Source of the DNA: Octopus vulgaris
Taxonomy: Eukaryota
Length of the DNA: 64,000 nt
Assembly (NCBI GenBank): GCA_951406725.2
Contig: OX597814.1
Coordinates: 95,170,001 to 95,234,000, forward strand
Reading direction: 5' to 3'
Positions 14,410 through 26,280 of the stretch are shown here, piece by piece (the first letter of the stretch is position 1; each line of letters begins with the position of its first letter). The notes beneath the pieces were generated by a model that did no database searches, was not told where the DNA came from, and saw only the letters and a list, made by a program, of their open reading frames with translations. Made by a program: the position numbers and the translations under genes.

Positions 14410-15812
14410 AAGAGAGAGTGTATGAGAGTGGGGTGAGATAATCCTTTCTACTATAGGAACAAACAAAGCCTGGAATTTTTAGGGGAGGCAGGCTAGTCAA
14501 TTACATCAATTCCGGTACTCAACTGATGCTCATTTCATCAACCCAAAGGATGGAAGGCAAAGTCAATGTTGACAGAATTTGAACTCAGAACATAAAGACA
14601 GTTGAAAAGCTACTAAGCATTTTGCCTGGCATGCTAACAATTCAGCCAGCTCACAGCTTTAGAGAGAAAAAAGATTATAAAACTAGAAAGCTTAAATGAC
14701 AGAAAGAAAATATCTCCTTCTATGTCTTGAGTCAAAATATTTGAAAAATAAAAATGGAAATTTTGAAAAAAAAAATCCCTTTCATTTATAATGTAAAACC
14801 AGTTTGAGGAGACAATGATCAGATGCTATGAAATATATAAACATCTGCTAAGTACTGATGAGGTTTTGAAGGTCTGTACTTATCTCCAGTTTTTATGGAA
14901 TTACCATGGGTGAGAGATGCAGTCCCCCCATGACATAAAAAAACACCAGTCATTTCAGCTAACATTCACAAATGATCTAACAAAGTTCAACTGAGGTGTA
15001 CAGAATTAAGTGTACTGCCAAAGCACAGTGGATTTCAACTACCAATTAGACGATAGTCAAAAGTATTATAGATTAATAAACCTTATCTGTTAGATAAAGT
15101 AACTGATAAGGAATTATACTGTAACTTGTTTTTCATTCTTGTCAAATAAATACATCATCAGCTGTTGAGGTGAACTAAACTCCTTTCACTGCTACTCAAT
15201 GCCTCCACCATTTAGGTAAAACTCATTGCCTACAATTTTTTAAGCAATGAGGCTTATGTCCTTAGGGGATATTGAGAGGGTTTCTAAGTTGTATATGTCA
15301 TTTGTAGATGGTTGTACTGCAAATATCACGTGCATGATTTGGGCATCAGGGTTCCACTCATCAACTGCTCTAAGCAGCAGAGACAGTAGGCTGCAAGCAC
15401 AAAGTTATGCATACACCCCTTTAAGGGTTGAACAGAGTTGCTATCAGTTGCCATTCATGAGAAGGTGATAGCATTTTCACCACAAAGTTTACCAACATTA
15501 TCTTCAACATTGTAGCACTGTTAGTGAGTTTAGGTTACTATTTATTATACTATATTTCACTGAAACAAAAATCTAATAATACAAAAGATGGCATTCATTC
15601 ATTAATTCATTCATTCATTCCCTCCCTCCCTCCTACTAATCCTCTCTTCCTCTCTCTCTTTAATACAGCAAACCCAAGCTGAAAGGCAGTTCTTATAGTA
15701 TTGAGTTATATGAATAGTTATATTGTAATTACTCTAACAACACAACCACTACATCCTTCCCTTTGATGTATAAACTCTAAGCAAGACACCTCTAAGCAAA
15801 ACGAAAAATTAA

Positions 15813-16266
15813 TGCAGATGTGACTGTGTGGTAAAGAAGCTTGCTTTCCAACCACATGGTTTCAGGTTCAATCCCTCTATGTGGCACCTTTGATAAGTGT
15901 CTTCTACTATAGCCCCAGGCCAACCAAAGCCTTGTGAGTGAATTTGGTGACAATAACTGAAAGAAGCCCATCATATGTGTGTGTGTGTGTGTGCGTGTGT
16001 GTGTGTTTGTGTGTGTTGTGCATGTGTGCATGAGTGTGTGTGTCTGTGTGTCTTTGTGTTTGTCCCACCACTACCTCTTGACAACCAATGTTGATGTGTT
16101 TATGTCCCCATAACTTAGTGGTTCAGCAAAAGAAACCAATAGAATAAATATGAGGCTTAAATAAATAAGTCCTAGAGTCGATTTATTCAACTAAAATCCT
16201 TCAAGGCAGTGCCCCAGCATAGTCACAGTCAATTGACTGAAACAAGATAAAAAATAAAAGATAAAA
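15813..16266 (+). mobile_element. tRNA-derived SINE with CORE-like domain (family A)
   Basis: A-box-like GTGACTGTGTGGTAA, B-box GGTTCAATCCC, CORE-like GTGGCACCTTTG.AAGTG, central microsatellite, tail CCCCAGCAT..CAGTC..GACTGAAACAAG. Other copies at about 290-600(-), 600-897(+), 11990-12190(-), 17550-17775(+), 33829-33980(+), 46490-46640(-), 49395-49565(+). Confidence 0.85.
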
Positions 16267-16463
16267 GCCTCTATATGGTTTCTTGATATGTCAAAAATAG
16301 CAGCCAAATCTCCTCAAATTCGACACACAATATCATTTTACAAAAAATATGGGTATATTAGTCACTGTAATCCTAAATATATATTAAAAAAAAAAGACTG
16401 GATGGCCATGGCTGAAATGCATTTAATCAAAGAGTTGCTCTACCAATATTGACCTGTGATTAC

Positions 16464-16681
16464 CCCTGTAGCATTTAAACTGGTCATATCCGGCCCAAAC
16501 ATTCTCCCTTGTTTTATGTTCAGATTGGCCAAATCTAGCCTCTTACACGTACCCTACAATGTCTTTCTAAAAATAAGAACTTGCATCATCAATATTTCAA
16601 AGCTATGAGATATAACATGATTAATTCAAAACAATGTGACATAATTGTTACATTTTAAAAAGTAATTTGAATGCTGAAGGG
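16464..16681. mobile_element. piggyBac-like MITE, family 1
   Basis: CCCTGTAGCATTT ... AATGCTGAAGGG termini, TTAC/TTAA flanks. Related copy at 36027-36521. Confidence 0.75.
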
Positions 16682-16685
16682 TTAA

Positions 16686-16905
16686 CCCTTTTGTTACCGT
16701 ATTTATTTTGAGATGCTCTGTGTTTCTTTCAATTACTTTAAATATAACAAACAATTTAGTAAAATAACTTCGTTATCATTCAGCTAGTGTTAGGAACATA
16801 AATTGTGACTAAGGTTTGGTGGAAGATTTTAATTCAAAACTTGTGAAAACAAGACATTTGTACTCAAAGCAAGAGCCGGTTTCAGCCAGGTTGGTAATGA
16901 AAGGG
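16686..16905. mobile_element. piggyBac-like MITE, family 2
   Basis: TTAA|CCCTTTTGTTACC ... GGTAATGAAAGGG|TTAA, 220 bp. Inverted copies at 47308-47527 and 47834-48053. Confidence 0.88.
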
Positions 16906-17089
16906 TTAAACAACAACAGCTACAATAATAAAACTGTTACATGCAATGTCATTACCAGTTCGAATATGCCAGTGGCAAATTCAAACTTATAAGCAGGCCA
17001 TTTACTGTGTTTTGTCATGGAGAAAATTTCTCGCTGTAGACAAATGGTATAAATACACCAAAAACAGCTCGCAGCACCACCTATCCAGA

Positions 17090-17137
17090 CTGTGAGATGC
17101 AAGCATTTCAGAGTGGTTATCTCCTTTCCAGTCACAG
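17090..17137 (-). ncRNA. Type I hammerhead motif, intact stems, mutated core
   Basis: CTGTGA-CTGGAAA-GGAG(ATAACCA)CTCT-GAA-ATGC(TT)GCAT-C|TCACAG. Stem I is a perfect 6 bp, the site is AUC, and the core differs from CUGANGA at two positions. Confidence 0.72.
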
Positions 17138-17425
17138 AAACTAGAATGTGGTGCTACGAGCCGATAAGTGAAATAATCTCTCTAATACTATTCGAGTCAT
17201 CACACGTCAGCTGGTAACGCTGACTGGTGGCTCACCATAAATAAATTACAAGGTGGGAATGCTAAGCAGTGGTATGTATAAGTGCAATGTTATTACCAGT
17301 TCGAATATGCCAGTAGCACATTTTGAACTCTTAAACTTAAAGCCATTCACTGTGTTTTGTCATAGAGAAAATTTTTTGCTGTAGACAAATAATGTAAATA
17401 CAGCTCACAGTGCCACCTATCCAGA

Positions 17426-17471
17426 CTGAGATGCAAGCATTTCAACATGGTTATCTCCTCTTCAGTCACAG
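17426..17471 (-). ncRNA. Type I hammerhead motif, intact core, weakened stems
   Basis: CTGTGA-CTGAAGA-GGAG(ATAACCA)TGTT-GAA-ATGC(TT)GCAT-C|TCAG. There is a 2-nt deletion in the stem I 3' strand, and stem II is mostly G-U. Confidence 0.72.
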
Positions 17472-17851
17472 AACTGGTTATAACTTTGCATTTATAGACA
17501 TCACTGCTTAGTGCTCCCACCCCGTAAAACTGTTACAATATATATAAATGGCAGGCATGGCTGTGTGGTTAGGAAGCTTGCTTCCCAGCTACTTGGTTTC
17601 ATGTAACACCATGAAATTAGAGTTAAGAGTGCCTTGGTTGGTGTGATATGATGCTGGTGGCACCTTTGGCAAGTGTCTTCTGCTATAGCCCCGGACCGAC
17701 CAAAGCTTTGTAATTGAATTTGGTAGGCGGAAGTTATTGCCGTGTGTGTACATGCGTGTGTAAGTGCTTGTGTCTCCTAACAGAGTAGGAAATAAACTGG
17801 TCAATATAGTTATTCAATAACATTTTACAACATAGAATACAGTAAACTCAC

Positions 17852-18077
17852 CAAAATTTGAAGAACCAATTAAAGTCAGACTTGGCAGCTGGTCTTTTGA
17901 AATGTAATACCAAAGCCCTTTCACATGAAATGTCCATTTATTGCGATAGTATTCATATAACTGAATGCGTTTTTGTTGCTCAAATGCACAGAGTTTTTGA
18001 TGAAACTGCCGAGCAACTTGGATATAAAGATATGGAATGGCACCAGCTGCCCCACTGGCACCATAAAAGCCATTCAC
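17852..18077 (-). CDS. PGS1: PGS1 internal coding exon (226 nt) with the second PLD-type HxK motif
   Basis: VNGFYGASGAAGAIPYLY...YYRNKWTFHVKGLWYYISKDQLPSLTLIGSSNFG matches PGS1 NGF.GA.G.AGAIP / WTFH.KGLW / TLIGS.NFG. Acceptor CTCTTTACAG, donor GTGAGT. Confidence 0.96.
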
Positions 18078-19184
18078 CTGTAAAGAGAAGAAGAAATAAT
18101 TTCAAAGTGGCTATTTGAATATAATTTCTAGAGACATAGAGATGAAATAATAATCAGTGTAGAGGGTGGAAGAAGTGATAAAATTGGGGCCAGAGATAGA
18201 GTAGGATTGAAGAAAACTTTAGGAACATCTAACAACAAAAATTTTTCTCTTTTTTTCTTTTTTACAAGCTGGAGAGTATTAGAACCAGCTGAAAAGATAT
18301 CACCAATCTAAGATAAGTAGGAGGTTGGCTACTGCAAATATGATGACCAATCTATTGAAAAAAATGATGATGGTGATGATGACAAAAGCATGAATGGTGT
18401 GATAGAGATGATGTGTGAATCCAATTTGATTAGACTACCATCAAAGAGACATTTACTAACTACTATTATCTTCAATAGCAACCCAGCTTTCCTGTTTCCC
18501 CAACAACACAGATGGATTATTGCAAGTGCCAGCGGGAGAAGCTGGTCTCTATGTCACATGGTCAATTTTCAAACTGGCAAGACTGGACTTCTCAAAGTTT
18601 CAAGATGAGTCATACCAGAAACAAAATCTATTTACATTACTGTGTATGGAAATTGTCTCCAAAATACAGTTATTCTGTATTTTGGAGACAGTTCTCATAG
18701 CCAATAAACCTGCAACGTTTCTTTTTAGAGTTCAGTAGCTTACACTTTAGCTGTGCTAGAATGTAAATAGTTCGGAAGGTCAGAAGGCTAAGTTGATCAT
18801 AAACTGGACTACTTGGTCATAATATTGTGTTTCTGATTTGGGGGGTAAAAACAAACACAACATAATGTTACATTTTTGGTTTTGTTTTTAACCCAGTCTT
18901 CAATCTATGTGTCAATAATAAGTGACAGATCTCATGAGAATGTTATTTGCAACAGAGGTAGTTTTTATGCAGATTCAAAAATGATTTATCTCACGTCCAC
19001 TTAACACCATGAAATTGAAGCTAAGAATGACTTGGTTGGTGTGATGTGATGCTGGCAAATGAAGATATATTTCATTGGCTGTGTGAATAGTAACCAAACT
19101 GACTTGTGAACATTTCAGTAAATATTTATTGCAAGTCATAAAGATATCTGGCATTGGCTGTTTACAGTGAACAACATAGATATT

Positions 19185-19260
<76 letters not shown>

Positions 19261-21297
19261 ATCTCTCCCCTCTCTCTCTGTGAAAGAGATGTTTTGAAAT
19301 TATAGAAAGCTCACTGTATGACAACATGTAGTCAGCCCCAAAATATATGAAGTCAACTGCACAAATTTCCATGATAAAAGTGGTCCTTGGCTGTCTGTCT
19401 TTAGTCATCTGTGCTCTAAGCCATGTGCCAAACAGTTTTTATAGGGGTCTAGAAGCCAAATTGTAGAAAGTTCAGGAAAACTACATCATGCAATAGCCTC
19501 AAGCTGATTGGTCAATTAATACACCAATTACATGAAACCATGACGGTTCGCTCATGGTGTTTGACTGAGTATGTAGCAGTTAGGATTTCAAATCACTATT
19601 TAAGGGACTGGGAGCCCTTTTGCACTGATTCATGTTTTAAATGTCTGTCTCTAAAGTCACAAAAGAACTGTTTACAACTGGTGGCATTATTTGATGGCTT
19701 AGTCAGAACTAGAACAGCAGTGAGGCCTCCAAGACTGATAAGAGGAAGAAAGTCATCATGTGCTTCATGGTTTTAGCAGAGTGGACTTTGCTAACAGCTG
19801 CTAAGATACAAGGCATGGTGTTAAACTGGACATCAAATTAAGTTTACATCATAAAAATATGTACAGGTCATCTTATGACATTCTGCATAGGGTTTTGTCT
19901 ACCCAATTTTCATTCACAAGGCTTGAGACAACTCAAAGTTTTGATAGAAGATACTTTCCAAAGGCACCATGCAGTGAGACTGAACCAGGAACTATGTGAT
20001 TGAGAAACAAACTTCTTAATTCCACATCCAATAACGAGGTGAGGAAAACCATATTCTTGAGGCAATGACAGTTTATCACGGAAAAGATTCCATGAGAATC
20101 ATATAGGTCTCCCAACAGCTAAGTGAATTAATGTTACAAAGAATTAGACACCTGCAGTTGATTTGAAACTAAGACCAATATGGCAGCAGCAGCAGTGGTA
20201 GCAGTGGCAGTAGTGGTGGTGGTGATGGCAGTGATGGTGGTGGTGGTGGTGGTGGTGGTGGTGGTGGTGGTTCAATATGTTTATCCACTCAGCCATTTCT
20301 CCATCCACCACATTGATATACCTATGGTCAATCTGAAGTATCCTAAGCAATATCTAAATTGCTGAATATCCCTGCTTGAGAATAAATCAATATTCTTTCC
20401 AATAAATCCTGCATATGAATTTTTCTTCCTGTTATTTCCCATTAGAATGACTTCTAGAAGGAAAAAAAAAAATCAATGACTGATAGCAAAGCACAATGGG
20501 TGAACTTTTGACCAGCAACTTAACATGCACTGATTCCAGCATTTGTTGTGTCACCTTTGTGTCAACACAACAATCTCAGACAATAGAAATATTGGTGATG
20601 GCAACAGTGAGAGTAACATGGATGATGGTGATGACAGAAAGTAGCAACAGCATCCTCATCACCACTTCCACCACCATCACCACCACCACCACCACCACCA
20701 CCACCACCACCATCATCATCAACAACAACAACAACAACAACAGCAGCAGCAGCAGCAACAACAACAACAAAACAATGGGATGGTGATTGTGATGAAAATG
20801 ATAATGAAAATAGTTGTGGTGGTGGTGCTGGTGCTGGTGGAACCGACAGCAAAGATGGTGGTAGTAGAAGTAATGATATAAATTTTCTAAGATTATTTTG
20901 GGTAATTAGTGTTACGGGGGGGGGGGGGGGTTGTCGGTTAAGTGATTTGATTTGACAGTTTACATTACAGAAAGACAAACAGGAATCAAAAGTCAGAAAA
21001 AAGATTCTAATATCATGCAAGAGGAAGTAGGGAAGGAAGCGCCTTCCTAAATTAAATGAACCTTATTGAATATTTTGCTATTTTTACTTTTTCACTCTAT
21101 AATATTCTTTCATGGAACCTTGAACAGTTTTGAAAAAGAATATATCAAGTTTTCTCTTGCCCTAACAAGTCAATCTTGAAGTATATTTTATTGACAAAAT
21201 TCTCTCTCTCACTCTTTCTACACACACACACACAGACACACACACTAACACACATACACACAAACATAAATATACATATATATATACATACATATGC

Positions 21298-21337
<40 letters not shown>

Positions 21338-21512
21338 AAAATAGGATAAAATCTTTATAAGAAATTATCAAGTAGTTAGCGTGAAAAACCTCATAAGGGA
21401 AAAATTTATTAATTATTCCCTTTAAATATATTTATTTATATTAAGGGCATTACTATACATAAATGCCTCATACTAGGAGAGACTCTTAAAGTCAAAACTA
21501 CCATAATAAAAT

Positions 21513-21580
<68 letters not shown>

Positions 21581-22102
21581 ACAAGCATACATGTGTGTGT
21601 GTGTGTGTTTGTCTTTGAGTTAGTATTAGGCCCCACCACCTCTGCTAGACAACCAGAGTTGGTTTGTTTACATCCCCAAAGAGAACCTCCAGAATAAGCA
21701 CTGGACTTAAAAATAAGTACTGGGGCTGATTTGTTTGACTAAACAATTCAAAGCAAAGCTCCAACATGGGCCACATTCCAGTGATTGAAACAAGTAAAAG
21801 AAAGAAGACACTTTAAAACATAAACTTAACATAGTTAGTTTCACATCCCAATCCTCTAACCATCATCAAAATTGAAGGACAAACCAGAGAGAGAGACTAC
21901 TGAAAAATACATTTAAACATGTTCAGCAAAACTGCTATTTCAGTACTGGGGGAGGGTCTACAACAAGACTCAGAATATCATTCAAGAGTTTTATTATGTT
22001 ATTGAGGGCTGTCATCAAGATTCTTTTGAAGCAGTTTGATATATGAAGAGAGTAGGGGGAACCATCACATATTTTCATTTCTCAGATTCCAAAGAAATTA
22101 TT

Positions 22103-22139
22103 GGTGGTGGTGGTGTGGTTCTTCTTCTTCTTCTTCTTC

Positions 22140-22179
<40 letters not shown>

Positions 22180-22330
22180 CCTCCTCCTCCTTCTTCTTCT
22201 TCTTCTTCTTCTTCTTCTTCTTCTCCTCCTCCTTCCTCTTCTTCATCATCAACATCATCATCATCATCATCATCATCATTGTCGTCGTCGTCGTTGTTGT
22301 TGTGGTCATCATCATTATCATTATCGTCAT
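22103..22330. repeat. Compound trinucleotide microsatellite (TGG/TCT/TAT/TCC/TCA/TCG/TTG)
   Basis: Successive triplet motifs, read directly. Confidence 0.95.
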
Positions 22331-23191
22331 TTTAATGTTCACTTTTCTATGCTTGTATGGGTCAGGTGGAAATTTTTTTGAGGTAGATTTTTTTATATGG
22401 TTGGATGCCTTCCTGTCACCAAATATCACCTGATTCCAGGTAAGTTTAATATTTCCCCTTAATCAGACGTGTTTTCTCAGGAGATTGGGGATGAAGGACA
22501 CTGCTTGCCCTGATGGTCACATTTGTTTATAACAGTCATGCAATGTCAACACGAGGAGACAATAACACACACATCTGCATACATGCAGACGCACACATAC
22601 AATGAAGATGATGATGGTAGTGGTGATGATGGTAGTGGTGACGATCATGGTGCTAATAGTGGTGGTGGTGGTGGTCGTGATGATGATGATGATGATGATG
22701 ATGAATGATGTACCATTAAATTTTTAGTTCTTTTCTTGAGTTCAAATCACCCCCAACTCATGCTTCTTCGCATTTCTTCCATACTGCTCCAAATCTGTAT
22801 ATTTACAAACTTAAGCAACCATAGCTAGCCTAACTTACACCCACAATGATTTATTGCTAGTGTAGTTTTGTGTTTTCTGAACTATTAACCTCATATTTTT
22901 GTGTCTCTACACAATGTTTCAATCAGTATGTTCTCCAATCATTTTCTAGACAAAAAAAAAAATTCCCAGTTAGTTTTTATTTGCTTTCCATATAAACAAG
23001 ACATTTTCACCTTACTTCTGCCCCCTTCTCTTACATACTTTCCAGTTCATATCCTTTACTTATAAACTTGCTGCTGTACTTAGAAACCTTTCACACATTT
23101 TCACTTAAAACATCTTCATTATGATAATAATTCAACCATTTCTTGTTCAATTTTCTTTAAAAAAAAATTTTAATAAAAAATAATAATAATC

Positions 23192-23282
<91 letters not shown>

Positions 23283-23650
23283 CTAATAGCCCCATCTCTC
23301 TTTCCCTTTTCCCATATTTCCTGACTGTTCTGGTATTTCATTATGAATCTTCCTCTCAATCTCATCACTACCACACTGTTACTACTTCAATGTCTGACCC
23401 CTTTCTACTGGTATAAGTCTTATATCCCCAGACATGGCTTCTTTTGCAACAGTGTTAAAAGAATAGACAATTCAGACAGAACCCTGATGGTAAACCTCTC
23501 AACACTCATAAAGTTTTGTATGCTACAATAAAGAGTAGCTGTTAAGGTGCAATGCTACTCCAAAATGAAAATAATATAAGGAAAGAATGGTTACAAATGA
23601 TACAAAAGCTACTTTCCAAGATCACGGGTCACAGCAAAAATCATCTAATT

Positions 23651-23835
23651 CAGTGCCCCACAACCTTTTTTCACTTGCGGTACACTTATATTCTTTTCAA
23701 AATTCAGCAGCACACCTGAACTAAAAGTATAACTAAAAGTATAGGGAAGAAATTATATTTAGGTTACACTGGGGCACACCTAGCATCCTCTCATGGCACA
23801 CCAGTGTGCTGTGGCATACTGGTTGTGGAGCACTG
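23651..23835. mobile_element. hAT-like MITE
   Basis: TIR CAGTGCCCCACAACC / GGTTGTGGAGCACTG with internal GCACAC motifs. Confidence 0.7.
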
Positions 23836-23883
23836 GTGTAGTTCACTTCTCGTCCTCAACACACACATACACACAAATCAAAT

Positions 23884-25207
23884 ATGCAGAACAATGCTAG
23901 TATGCTCCGTTGGATGTGTAATGTCAGTGTTCATAGTCGACAGAGTGTAAGTGTAAGTACCTTGAGAGAAAAGTTGGACTTAAGAGGCATCAGATGTTGT
24001 GTGCAAGAGAGACGATTGCGCTGGTATGGTCATGTGGCGAGAATGGATGAAGATAGGTGTGTGAAAAAGTGCCACACCCTGGCAGTTGAGGGGACCTGTG
24101 GAAGAGGTAGACCCAGGAAAACCTGGGTCGAGGTGGTGAAGCACGACCTTCGAACTCTAGGTCTCACCAAAGAAATGACCAGAGACCGAGACCTATGGAA
24201 GTATGCTGTGCGTCAGAAGACACGGCAAGACCAGTGAGAACAATCAAAATCAAATCATATATCAGAAAGCAGGGGTTAAGTGACCCACCCGTTCGTGTCC
24301 GCTGCCAGCCTCGTCTGGCACCCGTGTCGGTGATACGTAAAAGCACCATTCACTCGTGGCCGTTTGCCAGCTCTGTCTGGCCCCCCGTGTCGGTGGCACG
24401 TAAAAGCACCATCCGTTCGTGTTCGTTGCCATCCGTTCGTGTTCGTTGCCAGCCTCGCCTGGCCCCGTGCCGGTGACATGTAAAAGCACCGTCCGTTTGT
24501 GGCCGTTTGCCAGCTCTGTCTGGCCCCGTGTCGGTGGCACGTAAAAGCACCATCCGTTCGTGTCTGTTGCCAGCCGTGGCTGGCCCCCGTGCCGGTGACA
24601 CGTAAAAGCACCGTCCGTTCATGGCCGTTTGCCAGCTCTGTCTGGCAACCGTGTCGGTGGCACATAAAGGCACCATCCGTTCGCGTCCGTTGCCAGCCTC
24701 GGCTGGCCCCCGTGCCGGTGACACGTAAAAGCACCGTCCGTTCATGGCCGTTTGCCAGCTCTGCCTGGCCCCGTGTCGGTGACACATAAAAGCACCATCC
24801 GTTCGTGTTCATTGCCAGCCTCGGCTGGCCCCCGTGCCGGTGACACGTAAAAGCACCGTCCGTTCGTGGCCGTTTGCCAGCTCTGTCTGGCCCCGTGTCG
24901 GTGGCACGTAAAAGCACCATCCGTTCGTGTCCATTGCCAGCATCGCCTGACCCCGTGCCGGTGACACGTAAAAGCACCATCCGTTTGTGGCCGTTCGCCA
25001 GCTCTGTCTGGCACCTGTGCAGGTGGCACGTAAAAAACACCCACTACACTCGCGGAGTGGTTGGCGTTAGGAAGGGCATCCAGCCGTAGAAACACTGTCA
25101 GATCTGACTGGGCCTGACGAAGCCTTCCAGCTTCACAGACCCCAGTTGACCCGTCCAACCCATGCTAGCATGGAAAGCGGACGCTAAATGATGATGATGA
25201 TGATGAA
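23884..25207 (+). mobile_element. 5'-truncated RTE-clade LINE (ORF2 C-terminus, 3' UTR array, (GAT)n tail)
   Basis: ORF 23884-24237 MLRWMCNV...VQERRLRWYGHVARM...GRGRPRKTW..VV..DL...RDRDLWK is the canonical RTE C-terminus. It is followed by a 60-bp array, the shared tail GGAAGGGCATCCAGC...CCCATGCTAGCATGG and (ATG)n. Confidence 0.9.
24284..25042 (+). repeat. About 61-bp tandem array, 12 units, alternating A/B (about 122-bp higher-order unit)
   Basis: Anchor GTAAAAGCACC (or a variant) recurs near 24338, 24400, 24480, 24541, 24602, 24664, 24725, 24786, 24847, 24908, 24968 and 25030. Units alternate GCCAGCTCTGTCTGGC and GCCAGCCTCG.CTGGC. Confidence 0.95.
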
Positions 25208-25213
25208 TGGATA

Positions 25214-25407
25214 CTCTTTTACTTGTTTCAGTCATTTGACTGTGGCCATGCTAGAGCACTGCCTTTAGTCGAGCAAATTGACCCCAGAACTTATTCTTTG
25301 TAAGCCTAGTACTTATTCTATCGGATCTTTTACCGAACCGCTAAGTTACGGGGACGTAAACACACCAGCATTGGTTGTCAAGTGATGTTGGGAGGAGGAG
25401 GACAAAC

Positions 25408-25500
<93 letters not shown>

Positions 25501-25661
25501 ACAGGCTTCTTTCAGTTTCCATCTACCAAATCCACTCACAAGGCTTTGGTCGGCCCGAGGCTATAGTAGAAGACACTTGCCCAAGGTGCTACACAGTGGG
25601 AATAAACCCGGAACCATGTGGTTGGGAAGCAAGCTGCTTACCACACAGCCACTCCTGCGCC
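25214..25661 (-). mobile_element. tRNA-SINE family A, near full length
   Basis: Ends in CTTACCACACAGCCACTCCTGCGCC (reverse-complement tRNA head). Confidence 0.88.
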
Positions 25662-25949
25662 TAAATAGATCAAATTCTTTAAGATTGTTGATGAGCTATA
25701 CTGCAAACTTGTTTAAATCATGCCAACATAAAGCAACAATGAGAAGGACAATAATGATGACAATCATGCCACCACTGCCAATGATGATGAGGATGATGAA
25801 TTTTCATCTTTGTTTGATCTCAGAACTTTTTGCTTTAAATGCAAAATACCAACACTCTATTCTATATAAGTAAACAAAAACAAATTTGATAATCAAAACA
25901 CAGTATCCTTAAATAACCACGTGCTAGAATATTATATAGTGTATAGTGA

Positions 25950-26280
25950 AGGCTTGTAGCTTGGTGGTTAGGGTGTTGGGCTTACAATTGTCAGGTTGTG
26001 AGTTTGATTCTCAGACCAGGCTGTGTGTTGTGTTCTTGAGTAAGACACTTTATTTCAAATTGCTCCAGTTCACTCAGCTGTAGAAATGAGTTGCAATGTC
26101 ACTGGTGCCAAGCTGCATCGGCCTTGGATAACATTGGTGGTGCAGAGTGGGGAGGCTGGTATGCATAGCCAACTGTTGGTTTTCCATAAACAACATTGCC
26201 TGAACTTGTGCCTCGGACAGGAGCTTTTTCTAGGTGAAATTCCATGGTCATTCATGACCAGAGGAAGTCTTTACCCTTTT
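25950..26280 (+). mobile_element. tRNA-derived SINE family C (V-domain-like central segment)
   Basis: tRNA-like head, then GTGTTGTGTTCTTGAGTAAGACACTTTATTTC. Related copies at 4853-5175(-), 2000-2230(-), 27000-27265(-), 39893-40090(+), 41808-42050(+). Confidence 0.75.

Larger units (their letters stand above)
16926..17540 (-). mobile_element. Penelope-like/retrozyme-like element: about 340-nt period direct repeat with two hammerheads and a short terminal inversion
   Basis: Direct repeats at about 16943-17142 and 17284-17476. 17489-17528 is an inverted copy of about 17246-17287. Each repeat carries a hammerhead motif. Confidence 0.72.

Noticed and set aside
14849-14882. CTGATGA within a TAAGTAC/GTACTTA hairpin (hammerhead or C/D snoRNA)
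   Set aside because: No stem II or GAAA for a hammerhead, and no D box (CTGA) at the 3' end.
24284-25042. CRISPR-like array or protein-coding repeat ORFs (e.g. 24276-25040, 254 aa)
   Set aside because: The units between anchors are themselves repeated (A/B), not unique spacers. There are no cas genes and the context is a eukaryotic LINE. The ORFs arise from a stop-poor GC-rich repeat.
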